From Lytechinus pictus (taxonomy: Eukaryota), in NCBI RefSeq assembly GCF_037042905.1, contig NC_087251.1, forward strand, positions 26,104,001 to 26,168,000: a stretch of 64,000 nucleotides of DNA, in the 5' to 3' direction. The notes under the pieces were generated by a model. That model had not been told where the DNA came from, ran no database searches, and saw only the letters and a list, made by a program, of their open reading frames with translations. Shown piece by piece: positions 39,127-51,664 of the stretch (position 1 is the first letter of the stretch; every line of letters starts with the position of its first letter). The position numbers and the translations under genes are program-made.

Positions 39127-40394
39127 AGGTCAAGACAACCATTACAGTAAAGTTGATAATACAAATATACAAACATGTGTATCACTGAAAATTTCATAAA
39201 AATTTGATATAAAATGGGAAAATTCAGACATTTTGAATTTTCAATTAAAGTCACAAACAGCTCGTCGGCGTTCATACAAACCGTCGTATCAGTCAATTTT
39301 GGTTTTAAAAATTGATTTTGGGATTCTTGCAGAAAATGAAAGTAATACAAGTCCTATTCTATTCATAACTAAATTTCTAGGCAGGAGTTTATTTTAGTTT
39401 CTGAGATATGTGGGTATTTTCACGGCGATGCCATACAAATTTTTGATAAAATGCGCAAATCCCATAGGAAACATGTACTGTAGCAGAGCAATACGACGTT
39501 TTTACTGACTGCGATTTCAATGCGCTCGGTCAGCCAAACCATCGGCACTGCATTGACTTTGCACGTGAACAAGCGATACAACATTTTCACTGATCGCGCG
39601 CATTGAAATCACGGTCAGTCAAAACATTGTATCGCTTTTTCCCTATGGCGTTTTTGTACAGGGAAAATCTACATGTAAGCCGCTCAAACAGAAATTACAA
39701 GCATGTAGCTCTTTTGCGATATTTTCTCTGATCCTTGATGTTATGTAAAAATAAGGATACCAATGTCAAGCAATTGTCTTGGTCTTTCCATCTAATCCAT
39801 CCATGTATTTTTCTAGCAATGAATATGTTGTAAGGCTGGGGAACTAAGTGTGAAAACTATAGTAAACTTCGAAGTTGATTTTTTCTGAAATGGGTTTGCA
39901 CCGTTGTATGTGTGATACGACGGTTCGGATGACCGCCAACACGTTGTAAAAACAGTTGTAACTACACTACAGCAATGATGAAATGAAAATGAGAGATGAT
40001 GATGTCACACACTTACCTTGCTTTAGTATTCTATTGAACTATAAAATTAAATTTCATACTTTTTTCTTTTTTAGATTTAGGAACTCTTGATGGGATTATA
40101 TTAAGTTTACAATAATTTTGATTCCACATGTTCAAGATGGAGTCAAACTTTTGTTTACAGTGGAAAGAGTGACACTTGTAAGGTATGACTAATGAAATGC
40201 AAAAACAAAATGGTGAGCGTGTGGCAACATTGGTTCCCTAACTGTGTGCGCAGATAATTGTTTTGTTAAACTTTATAAAGGGAGATTTATTAAAATGTAA
40301 CAATTTTCCTATTTGAAATATGTTTCTCAAACAAAATTGTCAGTATTATTTTTGTTTTATCCAAATAAACTGTTTCTTGAGGTAGACTTGGCCT
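39127..40394. mobile_element. Old Kolobok-like MITE interrupted by the 39261-39942 insertion
   Basis: TTAA|aggtcaagacaacc ... ggtagacttggcct|TTAA; left arm has ctgaaaatttcat.aaaat as in the 4964 family. Confidence 0.6.
39261..39942. mobile_element. Non-autonomous TIR element, copy 2 (same family as 29521-30184)
   Basis: Collinear similarity to copy 1 over its whole length; TIR aaccgtcgtatca / tgatacgacggtt. Confidence 0.85.
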
Positions 40395-41448
40395 TTAAGC
40401 AATTCAAGATTAATTTCCAACATTGTGTTTTGTAGGAGTCACAGTCTATTGTCTGTACCTATAATGAAACTAGCACTTCATCTAAAAGTTGAGGGGGAGA
40501 AAGGGTTATTTACAATATTCATTGAAGTAAAAATGATGAATAGGCGATGATGTGTGATATTTGATCTGAATTCAAGGAAATATTTGAAAGGGGGGCAAAT
40601 AGTTACAGACAATTTTACAATAATCATAACAGTTACAATCAATTACAATATAAACAGTATCTCTGGGCCCTAGGGCCTACTGTATTCAGCATATTATGTT
40701 ACAAATTTCAACCTCTAATTTTAAATCATTCATTTTTATATCCATGTTTCATAGACACTTTCAAAGATGCATGTCAACAGTTAAATATTAATGTGTTTGA
40801 TTACATGTGATTAAAAAAAAAAATGAGCTTGCTAGTAGATGGCCATGACAAATGACAAATAAATGTGAAACAAAAACCTACAAGCAATACAGCAATAGAG
40901 ATATTGAAATTTTTCTTCACATAATCTACTTGTATTTGATCATGAGTTTGGTAAGGTGCTGAATGTATGGAAGCTAGCTGAGGGGGTTCTAATGGATATC
41001 TTCTATTTTGGGAATTTTTATGATATGAGATGGACATGCCCCATAAATTTTGTATTTCAGGGATACATGCACTAGACCGCATTACTGTTTTGAATTGTGA
41101 AGGTACCCTGGATCTTGTTTCTTAAAACCACCATGAAACTATTGCTTCATAGAGGCCTGTTCACATAAGCCCAAGGTCTCAAATTTACCTTCCATGTTGT
41201 ATAGGACAAAAACTGTCCAAACCAGAACAAGTTCAATGTAATTTGCATATAGTTGTTGGGTTTTTTTCAGTTTTTGCATCAATATTAGAAATCTTTTGTG
41301 AAGTGCTGCCATAATTGGCAAATCCTCCAGCTAATTAAAAGGTGAAAATTTTGGCTCTGGTTAAGTCATTCATGAAAGGCCAATGCACATCTGTCTGGAA
41401 AAATTAAGTGTTATGTGGTCCTGCTCTCCTTCTTTTGTATTGTACAAC

Positions 41449-41585
41449 GAGCACTTAGTTTTATGATATGTCACACTATTCTAATCTTTCCAAAATCTCC
41501 ATAATAATTAATATGGAGATTTTTGAAAGATTAGAAGCTTAAGTTGTGAAATCTATAGTGTGACATATCATAAAACTATTTGCTC
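41449..41585. repeat. Near-perfect hairpin/palindrome
   Basis: tagttttatgatatgtcacactat pairs with atagtgtgacatatcataaaacta; ttctaatctttccaaaatctccata pairs with tatggagatttttgaaagattagaa. Confidence 0.85.
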
Positions 41586-43761
41586 TATATTATAGACAAA
41601 ACAAAAGCAGACCAGAAATTCTTCTTAGGCCAAAGCCACCATACCATGTAGGCAACTACATTACTCATGTATAATACAACAAACCCAGTGCAGAGCATCA
41701 CTAATGCAGCTTTATAGGCCAGATTGATGATTGAAAATCACTTTCTTGACCGTACCCCTAAACCATCCCCAGGTCAGGATGGCTTGAAATCCATGCGGGA
41801 TATTCTGTCAATTAGTGCTTTCTACATGACTTCCCTCTGACCATTCCACTAATTACATAAGTCACCATCTTGAAAGCATCTCAGAATAGAATAGTCTGTT
41901 GGGAGAAGATTTTAGCATTTATTTTCCCCGAGGCCATATTCTGAATATGATGATAATAATCTTTTGCATAAATTTGTATTCTGAAGATTATGTAAATTTT
42001 TCTCTTTATCATTTCTTGTATCTTACGCACACTGAGTGTGCATGATGTCAGAGCTACATACATGTATGCGTAAAGTTGCATAGAGGCAATTCCATAAAAT
42101 ATGTATGTTTGACCCCCTATATGTGGAACCTTCAAGAAATTATCTGTCTCTGATTTCTTGTTCTTTTGAAAGTCTGTAATGTTCTCAAAGGACCATGACT
42201 AGGTCAGTTTATGAAGTGAAGAAAATCTCGAGAAAAATGGGCGGGGGGTTGGATGTACAAAAAGTTTATCATTTTATGGAATTGCCCATAGTAGTGCATA
42301 AAATAATATATGCACCAAGATAATATCTTGAGATGATAGGTATTCTGAAATGCTATCTTATCTTTTTTTTATTTGTACTTGTAACTTTACAATACCTGGG
42401 CTATATTGTATCTCAATTTTGAATGTATTTTTCTTGGTCAACAACATTAGACCCTGATTGCATTTTACAAGAGGAGACATTCCAACGATGTTGCAGAGTA
42501 GAATCTGCAGACTTTTCAGGCATTTATAAATAATCCCATTTGAGATGATGTATCATGATCATCATCTTTTCAAAGATGCTATGCCAGGAAAAAATAGATT
42601 ACTTTATTACACAATAGCGCATTAGCACAATATTCACAAGATATATTACTCTAAAGTCAATAATGCAAGAATTTATTATCAAACATTGAAGTGCTTAGTG
42701 ATTGGTTTATAATAGAGTAATTTGAATGTCAAAAGTAAATAAAGGTGATCGTTACAGAGATACCAACATGCATCTAAAATGTAGTGCACAAGTGTATATA
42801 TTTTAGTAAATACCCGAATATTTGGGTCACTATTTCAGTTATGGTGTCAATGATATGGTATATAGTGTATTTAAGTGGATGTATATTGCAATTTCACATG
42901 AAAATCTATTTTGGTTTGGATCCCAACCAAAATAAAAATCACTGCATTTTTTCTTTTAGTTTTGGTACGAAATCTTTCTCAACCACAAAATGGGTTGAAA
43001 ATTGGAGGATAAAATTTTTGTTTAGGCCTATAGCTTTCTTATAATATAAAGTCACTAAATTTGTTAAATAAATGTTCTATTGGCTTTTTTTTTTTTAAAT
43101 CAAAATTTTTATGAAAGATGGGGTCAAATATTCTTGAATGATATTTAAGTTTTATCTGATGTGTGTATTAAAGCCTGTTGATTAAGCCACCTAATTTTGA
43201 AAAGTATCTACTATAATTAGGAGGGAGGGGGGTTCAAGGTTATTATGAGTGAGTTCCTTTCACAATGTAAAAAATCCCTGGTTTTCTCTGATTGGAAAAT
43301 CTACCCCAAAATCAATATATACCAAATATTCTCAATTTTTTTTTCAAGTTGGTCTGAAAGGGACTACGGTGAAGTGTGTATTTTGTAAACTGGTTTCTTG
43401 ATCTCATCAGATGAGGGTTTTATGTCAAGAATTGTGTCATGGCCATCATCGTCTTTCATCACCTCCTATCCAAACCCTTCATCATCTCAAGTTAATGCAG
43501 TGAATACGGACTGTCAAACCCATGTCATCTTCTATTTACTTGGACATTGAGCAGAATGATATTGTAATTTGGAGAGCAGCGGGCCAAGAGAAAAGTATAA
43601 AGAGAGTCAGAAGATTGCTTAGGCCTATATAAGTTATATAAAGTTTGGTGTCTCTATCTGAACAAACAACATTTTGAGAGGATGTACTTATATATTATTG
43701 TATCCCCCGAACAGAGTTCGGAGGATACTAAGGATTTGGCCTTGTCTGGTATAGCGAAGAA

Positions 43762-44812
43762 GCCTATCGATTTTGGTGTGGGCGGAGACATCGTTTCCAT
43801 GGTAACAAGAGTTTTTGTGGAAATAGCAGAGATGTCCTTGTGAGCGCTCTACCAGCTGCATTTCTTCTCCAATCATCGTCAAATGTGGCATGAAGGTCCA
43901 TAATGGTAAAGTGAGGCCGTGTGGGCGGAGACTTCGTTGCCATGGTAATGAGTTTTTGTGGAAATAGCAGAGATGTTCTTGTGAGCGCTCTACCAGCTGC
44001 ATTTCTTCTTTGATCATCTTCAAATGTGGCATGAAGGTCCATTATGGTAAAGCAAAGCCACCTATTGATTTTGGTGTGGGCGGAGACATCGTTGCCATGG
44101 TAACAAGTTTTGTGGAAATAGCAGAGATGTCCTTGTGAGCGCTCTGCCAGCTGTATTTCTTCTCCGATCATCTTCAAATGTGGCATGAAGGTCCATTATG
44201 GTAAAGCATAGCTGCCTATTGATTTTAGTGTAGGTGGAGACATCGTTGCCATGGTAACAAGTTTTGTGGAAATAGCAGAGATGTCCTTGTGAGCGCTCTG
44301 CCAGCTGTATTTCTTCTCCGATCATCTTCAAATGTGGCATGAAGGTCCATTATGGTAAAGCAAAGCTGCCTATTGATTTTAGTGTAGGTGGAGACATCAT
44401 TGCCATGGTAATGAGTTTTTGTGGAAATAGCAGAGATGTTCTTGTGAGCGCTCTACCAGCTGCATTTCTTTTTTGATCATCTTCAAATGTGGCATGAAGG
44501 TCCATTATGGTAAAGCAAAGCCACCTATTGATTTTGGTGTGGGCGGAGACATCATTGCCATCGTTGCCATGGTAACGAGTTTTTTGTGGAGATGTCCTTG
44601 TGAGCGCTCTACCAGCTGCATTACTTCTCCGATCATCGTCAAATGTGGCATGAAGGTCCATTATGGTAAAGCATAGCTGCCTATTGATTTTAGTGTAGGT
44701 GGAGACATCGTTGCCATGGTAACAAGTTTTGTGGAAATAGCAGAGATGTCCTTGTGAGCGCTCTACCAGCTGCATTACTTCTCCGATCATCGTCAAATGT
44801 GGCATGAAGGTC
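43762..44812. repeat. Tandem array, ~154-bp unit x~7 (further units at ~46452-46672)
   Basis: Unit cctattgattttggtgtgggcggagacatcgttgccatggtaac...tgtggaaatagcagagatgtccttgtgagcgctctaccagctg...aaatgtggcatgaaggtccattatggtaaagc starts near 43762, 43915, 44061, 44215, 44369, 44523 and 44680. Confidence 0.95.
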
Positions 44813-44917
44813 CTTTTCACCAAACTTTGCAAAGTTGTAGAGGAAGGTATACCTAAGAGGTGCAAACATTAAAAAATATGGATTCATGTGCTTGTTTTCA
44901 AACTATCAGCACTCTTA

Positions 44918-46081
44918 TACCCTTTTACACAGGATTTTCTTAGCCCCGGACTATCGCTAACCCCGTACTATCCTTAACCCCGTACTATTTTTTTTTCCTT
45001 TTCACACATGCCAAATTGTTATTGCTAACCCCGGAAAAGGAATGCTTGCTTTTCACACATGAAACTTGCTAACCCCAGACTAGTGGTAGCTCATGAATAT
45101 TCACGAGCGCACTGAGGGGTCATTCGGGTCATATCCAAAATCACGCTGAATTGTTTACCGGCTATACGATAGACCTAATCACCGTGTTCGCTGTTCATGA
45201 ATATCCATTATGCTTACCTCTGATTGGACAACAGGGCCGGCTCTGTTGCGGGGCATGAATGGGAGCGCTTAGCCCACTTTCGTTTTACACTAGCGATCTT
45301 AACCCCATACTATCGCTCTTAGCACCGCAATTGCTGGGATAACCCTGCTTTTTTGCAGGGCCAAATAATCCCGTACTAAAGGTGGGGTTAGCCCACTTTG
45401 CAAAAATGCTGTGTAAAAAGAAAGTGGGCTAAGCTTAACCCCGTACTATAGTACCCTTTTTACACACGCTAAAATTTCCTTAACCCCGTACTATAGGTGG
45501 GGCTAAATGGCAATTTAGCCCCACCTATAGTACGGGGTTAAGCTTAGCCCACTTTCTTTTTACACAGCATTTTTGCAAAGTGGGCTAACCCCACCTTTAG
45601 TACGGGATTATTTGGCCCTGCAAAAAAGCAGGGTTATCCCAGCAATTGCGGTGCTAAGAGCGATAGTACGGGGTTAAGATCGCTAGTGTAAAACGAAAGT
45701 GGGCTAAGCTTAACCCCGTACTATAGGTGGGGCTAAATGGCAATTTGGCCCCACCTATAGTACGGGGTTAAGGAAATTGTAGCGTGTGTAAAAAGGTACG
45801 AGTGAAGTACTTGTACTACGAATGATCGACAAAAACCACTAGTCCGGGGTTAGCGAGTTTCGTGTGTGAAAAGCAAGGATACCTTATCCGGGGTTAGCAA
45901 TAACAATTTGGCATGTGTAAAAAGGAAAAAAAAATAGTACGGGGTTAAGGATAGTACGGGGTTAGCGATAGTCCGGGGCTAAGAAAATCCTGTGTAAAAA
46001 GGGTATAGGTGGGGCTAAATGGCAATTTAGCCCCACCTATAGTACGGGGTTAAGGAAATTTTAGCGTGTGTAAAAAAGGCA
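44918..46081 (+). mobile_element. PIF/Harbinger-like MITE (outer copy), TTA TSD
   Basis: TTA|TACCCTTTTACACA ... TGTGTAAAAAAGGCA|TTA; many taaccccgtacta subterminal repeats. Confidence 0.85.
45452..46005 (-). mobile_element. Same-family MITE (inner copy) inserted in opposite orientation, TAG TSD
   Basis: TAG|TACCCTTTTTACACA ... TGTGTAAAAAGGGTA|TAG; removing it restores ccccgtactataggtggggctaaat in the outer copy. Confidence 0.87.
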
Positions 46082-47757
46082 TTATTAGAGCAAATTTGCT
46101 TCTTAAAACACCCGAAAACTTTCCAAAAAGCAGTACCTATGTGAGGAAAAATTCCGAACCACTTTTCCATTTATTCAAACTCGGAGTCATATTCATCATA
46201 CTTTGCAGCACTACAGAGAAACTATTTTTAAATTGTAGAGGAATAAAAAAAAATGGTCCATGGAATAATTCCAGTTATTAGCTTCATAAAATAACACATC
46301 AGATCTGCAGTTAGTGCAGATAAGGAGAAAAATCAGCTCACATTACCTACAGCTGATTAAATCACCAGTTCATCCATTGTGACGTCAGCATGCAGAGTGT
46401 AAAATATGCGCAGATCATGATGCGCAGAAACATAACTGTGGAACGTCCTTAAGCAAAGCCGCCTATTGATTTTGGTGTGGGCGGAGACATTGTTGCCATG
46501 GTAACAAGAGTTTTTGTGGAAATAGCAGAGATTTCCTTGTGAGTGCTCCACTGGCTGCATTTCTTCTCCAATTATCTTCTGATTTGTCATGAAGGTCCAT
46601 TATGGTAAAGCAAAGCCGCCTAATGATTTTGGAGTGGAGACTTGGTTGCCATGGTAACCATATATTTGTGGAAAATTTGGTAAAACCTGTAACTTCTGCT
46701 TGTTTTTCCAGTTTGTCATAACAGTTGGCACACAGAAGCAATATTAGAAAGTGAAGCGAAGATGCCTATCATTTTTGATGGGGGGTCTTAGGGTTAGGTT
46801 TAGAAATTATATCCAGATAACTCTATAATTGTAATCCCCAACAGGTGATACTGGACAATACTTTAGGTTCTGCAGAGTCACGCTGCTACGTCATATTATT
46901 GTCATCAAATTTGGTACCCATAGGCAAAATGTGGGCAGGGTCAAATTTCTGTGTGAGCTCTATATATCGCAATTGCAGATGACGGGTTGGGTTCGGGGGA
47001 TACATGTGCTCGGCTGCGTGACCCGCCGAGCATCTCTAGTTTAAAAGGGCTTTTAGTTGAATTGACTATGATTGGATTAAATATTATGTTGCCAATTTCC
47101 TTTTTCATTTCATTTATTCCTCTTAAAAAAATGCTAAATTTCAGAGACATATACCGAAACTTGATTATCAAAGAAATTTATAAAATTTTCATCGCATTGT
47201 AATTTGTGATGAGAAAATAAACATCTCTCCACCTTTTAAAGTTGTTCAGTTTTATTTCAAAGTCCAACCAAATTATGAATTCTTTCTCTTGATTCAACTA
47301 ATTATCAAGCTACAGCTCCAAATGAATGTCCAATATCAAGGAAGTAATATAATGTCTTTGTATTCAATAATACCAATTAAGAACAGTTGAATACATAAAT
47401 TGCCTCTTCTACTTGATTAAAAACACTCAAAAATGTCATCCAAGAGTTGTCATTTATTTCAATACAAAGGACCATTTCACAGTTGACAAGCATTATAGTT
47501 GAGATGTATTATGAATGCATACAAAGCTAATAGACAAAGGAGCATATTGGTTTGAAAATAAATTGAGCATACAATTCACTCTGAGGCAGCACTCTCTCGT
47601 GATCATGGTTATAATGCAGTGACATCAAAGAATGTTAACCTACGTTCACGATCAATCTAATGTTTGATATATAATGCCTAAATATGTGCTTGTTGATTGC
47701 TATTTTGCAGTACAATGTTTTGCATTGTTCATCATGTAACTATAGATCTATGTTTAA

Positions 47758-48795
47758 AGAACAAGTCCACTGAAAATTTCATCAAAATCAGATGTGAAGT
47801 AAGAAAGTTTGTTGACGATTTCAAAATTTCATTATATTTCACATCACAGTTATATGATTATCATGGTCTGTATGCAAATGATGGAATAGATGATGTAATT
47901 GACTCACTATTTCTTTTGTGAAATATAAAATGTCTTGAAAACCCTTGGAACAAGTGGGCTTGTGTGGAAAGAGAAAAATCATAGAATAAGATCAAAGGAA
48001 GTTTGAGAAAAATTTGACAAATAATGAGAAAGTAATGAGCATTTGAATATTGCAATCACTAGTGCTATGGAGATCCTTTCATTGTCAATGCGACAGATAT
48101 GCGTGATGTCACATGTGAACAACTTTCCCTTTGATGGACAATAAAATACCCCCAAAAAGTCTCTTTTGCTCTTTCTTATGATGATACAAACTCTTTATCC
48201 ATAATATATTCTTCCTCCTATAGAAATAATTCATGATCTACTGATAGATGTTATAAAAGAGGCATTTTAAGTGAAATATATACAAAAGCAATGGGAAAGT
48301 TGTTAATATGTGATATCACACATCTTTGTCGCATTGCCAGTGGGAGGATCTACATTACAATAATGATCTAAACTTCAAATTCTCATAACTTTCTTATTAT
48401 TCATTCACTTTTTCTCAAACTTTCATTGATCTGTTTATTTGATTTTTCTATTTTCACACAAGCTATCTTGTTCTAAGGTTTCGTTTTTCTTGTTATAGTA
48501 TGAAACAAGGTTTGATTCCTCCCTGAAAACATATATGTGGAATTGTCATTATTTTAACCTATTCTGTTTGAATGATGCTTTTTGTCAAATCTCCAAAAAT
48601 TAAAATATTATATATTGCATGTAATAAAATTATTTTAAAAATAGTGTGCATGTGACATCGTCAACTCTCTCATATAACTGCAATTTGCATATGTTTTGTG
48701 AGGATAAGTGAAACTTTTTTCAAATCTTTCTCTGATGAAATTTTCAGCATTATGCTTGTTTGATTTTTCTTTTTTTGCCGGGGTGTACTTGCCCT
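47758..48795. mobile_element. Degenerate Kolobok-like MITE (4964 family) with a second IR-bearing element inside (~47938-48482)
   Basis: TTAA|agaacaagtccactgaaaatttcatcaaaatc ... tgatgaaattttcagc...ggggtgtacttgccct|TTAA; inner IRs aaacccttggaacaag..gcttgtgtg / cacacaagctatcttgttctaaggttt. Confidence 0.65.
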
Positions 48796-48946
48796 TTAAA
48801 GCAGTCTTGGAGTGTGGAAGGGCTATGAACGTCTGCCCTGTCCTGTTCATGACTATGGATTATAGGCAAACTTTTGTCTGAATATGAATTATTGAAAGGT
48901 TGAGGGCCAGAATTTGTAATATATATATACCACCGATATAATCCGT

Positions 48947-49210
48947 GTGGATGCATCATGGTGTCACGGTCCTGCTGTTCATTCAGAAGGTCCTTGGTTC
49001 ACATCCTACTCCAGGCATTAATTTCCTTCTGCAACGTATTCATCCATATTGTGCTGCACTCAACCAAGTTGAGGTTAATAGGTACCTGGCAGGAATTTAT
49101 GTATTCCTTGAAACACGGACACGTACAAGCTGCTCTTCTACAGCACAAGTATTTGTGCTGCATTTTATTTAAGTGCAGTGTAAGCAAGTATGATTATGAT
49201 TATAATTGTT
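48947..49210 (+). mobile_element. tRNA-derived SINE, diverged copy
   Basis: Degenerate B-box ggttcacatcc; core tgtgctgcactcaaccaagttgaggttaataggtacctggcagga; (gattat)-like tail. Confidence 0.75.
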
Positions 49211-49328
49211 ATTTTTATACAGAAAATATGAAGTTTTTCCTAATTGTACATGCCGTTTTCTCTTAACCTAAAACTAAGTTATTTGATTTATTATAATGTG
49301 ATTCAATTTTTTTCTTTCTTTTCTGTAG

Positions 49329-49400
49329 GATCTTCTTGGTGAAGGTGAAGAGGAGCATGAGCCAGGGAGGAAAGGGAACAAGATTCACAATGTTACTAGG
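49329..49400 (+). CDS. PACS2: PACS-family protein, exon B (72 nt, phase 0-0)
   Basis: Long T-rich tract plus tgtAG acceptor, and AGG|GTAAGG donor. Reads DLLGEGEEEHEPGRKGNKIHNVTR, matching the PACS DL...TR exon between ..GQ and Q.NFKQK. Phase fits both neighbours. Confidence 0.88.
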
Positions 49401-49464
49401 GTAAGGATACAGAATATATTACAGGGCTTAAATTAATCAAAGACCATCAAAGACCATGGCCTGG

Positions 49465-49741
49465 ATAATAATAATAATAGCTGTATTTATAAAGCGCCTT
49501 TTGCCTGAGGATACAAAGCGCTGCTATTATTACCTCGGCTTTAGCTCGAGCTACCATCACCGGCGCTCAGTGCATACAAGGAATTAATCCTGCCGGGTAC
49601 CCATTCACCTCACCTGGGTCGAGTGCAGCACAGTAAGGACAAATTTCTTGCTGAAGGAAAACACGTCATGGTTAGGATTCAAACCCACGAGCCTCTGTTT
49701 GAAAGGCGAGAGTCAAAACCACTAGACCACGATGCGTCCGC
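49465..49741 (-). mobile_element. tRNA-derived SINE, near full length
   Basis: Minus strand has A-box TGGTCTAGTGG, B-box-like GTTTGAATCC, the conserved core, and a 3' end aggcgctttataaatacagc(tat)n. Confidence 0.9.
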
Positions 49742-51664
49742 CCTGTTGAATGGCTGTGATACCCCTCTCATTGGTCTTGGAGATTTAGGTGCCCTTTATA
49801 TTTTCCCTGTTTGTGCTGTAAATATGGAAATGTGCCTTCAGGAAAAAGTGGCCTTGCCCTAACAATATCAAAATTTGGGGTCTGTCATGGCATCGTCTGT
49901 CTTATCAAAGCTTTTGTTAACATGAAAAGATAGATTCTGGGGATGTTTCATAAAGCTGTTGTAAAGTTATACATGAACTTAAGGACTATCTGAAATAGGA
50001 AGTGATGAAATGAGATCCCAAAGTATTTTATAAAATATTCTAAACAATGACTGCATTTCAAATTCTTTGCCCTTAATAGTGGATAAATGTTAACAAAAAA
50101 TATCTACTTTGTTTAATGCGATCGAGACATACATTTGACTTGCCATGTTGCAATTGTCTGTGGGGTTCTGCGTTTAAGAAATAGTCCCCTGGGATCTGTT
50201 TCATAATACTTGCATTCATGGTATCTTGTTGTTGCTCAACATCCAAACTAAATTGAAGATCCCTGAAAGCTATCATTAACCACAAAGTTACCAAAACCTC
50301 AAATTTCTTGTTGAAATTGCGGTTCGGTAATTGCATGACATAAACTTAAGTTCTAGAATTGAAAAAAGTAGGATTATATTATAGACTTGTAGCAGCTGCA
50401 TGTCTCTCCCCCTTGCATTGCATATCACCCCCATTTATGCAGGAATTAAGGCTTCTTTTATCATATTATCTTCTCTCTGCTCTTAACTCCCACTCCAATT
50501 TAAAAGAAAATGCTGAAAGCGATGCAGGTTGCGTTTAAGCAACATTTCTCTCCCCACAAATCATGTTTTTGGAATGTGTAAAGATGGAGAGATGGTTTCA
50601 CTCATGCAAATTTTTATAAATCATGATCAGAAAACACCATCCTCCAATGTCAGAGAGGATATGATTGATTCTGCCAGAATCATCTTGTCAAGAGTTGCTA
50701 GAGCACAATGGAAATCTTGATAATTGATGATGTCTTGCCATGCTACCATTAAAGGGCATGCAGCAAAAGTTGACTTTAATTATCATGAGGTCACATTGCA
50801 CTGTACAGGGTAGAATATAACGTAGAATTTGGCAAGGGTCAGTGTTGACAACTAATGTTCATAATCAGTTTATTCCAGAAAGTTTGTTGAAGAAACATAA
50901 TTATGAAAAATGGTTCATGTTTCTACTTTCTTTGCATATAAATCTGTCTGAACATGACATGTAGGGCATCCTTGGATTATGTAGCTGGGAGGAATAATTA
51001 TCACTCCATCCCTTTCTCTGTAGTATAAGTTTATATTTTTTTGTTATCATCTGGAATACTTTTTTTTTCAATCAAGTTGTTTTTGTTTGTCTTCTTTTAG
51101 AGTGAGGGGAATCATGTTGAAACAAAAGAAGCAGAAATTTCAATCCAGTTTCTTACATGAAACGGGTTGTTTGGTAGAAAGCAATCTATTTTCCAAGGCA
51201 CTTCTATACTTTTTTTTCCCTTCCATCTCCAAAAGCTGTTGTGTGTAAGAAAAACATATCACATTGCAATCACACAGGTCTATATTGAATTTTCGTTTTT
51301 TGTTGATTCACTAAATCATCATTAGTGTTACATGAAATGTCCATTATAGAGAAAAGTCCGTCATTTGCCATTCTTTATTTAATGCTTTTAGGAGAAAGTA
51401 TAAAATAAACCCAAGTTGTCATAAGATACGCGTTTTTCTTTTCCAGGGGATTTTGACACCTTATTTTTGTCAAGAATCTTCTCATCAGGACGATTTAATT
51501 TCTTATTCCCTGTATATATTTTGTCTGCTAGTTCTTGTTTTGTTTCTTTAAGCATTAGTGTGTATTAATGTCTTTGCGTGACATGAAATGGTAATTTATA
51601 TTGTTTCGAAGGAAGGAAGGAGATATATAATCTGATTTTGTGTTACTATGAATATGTTTTTTTT

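Larger units (their letters stand above)
43695..47042 (+). mobile_element. Helentron/HINE-type non-autonomous rolling-circle element carrying a tandem array and nested MITEs
   Basis: 5' subTIR gtatcccccgaac (43700-43712) with adjacent inverted copy gttcggaggatac; 3' subTIR gttcgggggatac (46991-47003); 3' stem-loop tgctcggc...gccgagca (47007-47032); terminus ctagttt. Confidence 0.85.

Noticed and set aside
43688..44887. Several 65-171 aa ORFs with repeated peptides, and a superficially CRISPR-like array
   Set aside because: They are read-throughs of the 154-bp tandem repeat in shifting frames. The units are contiguous with no unique spacers, there are no cas genes, and the context is eukaryotic.
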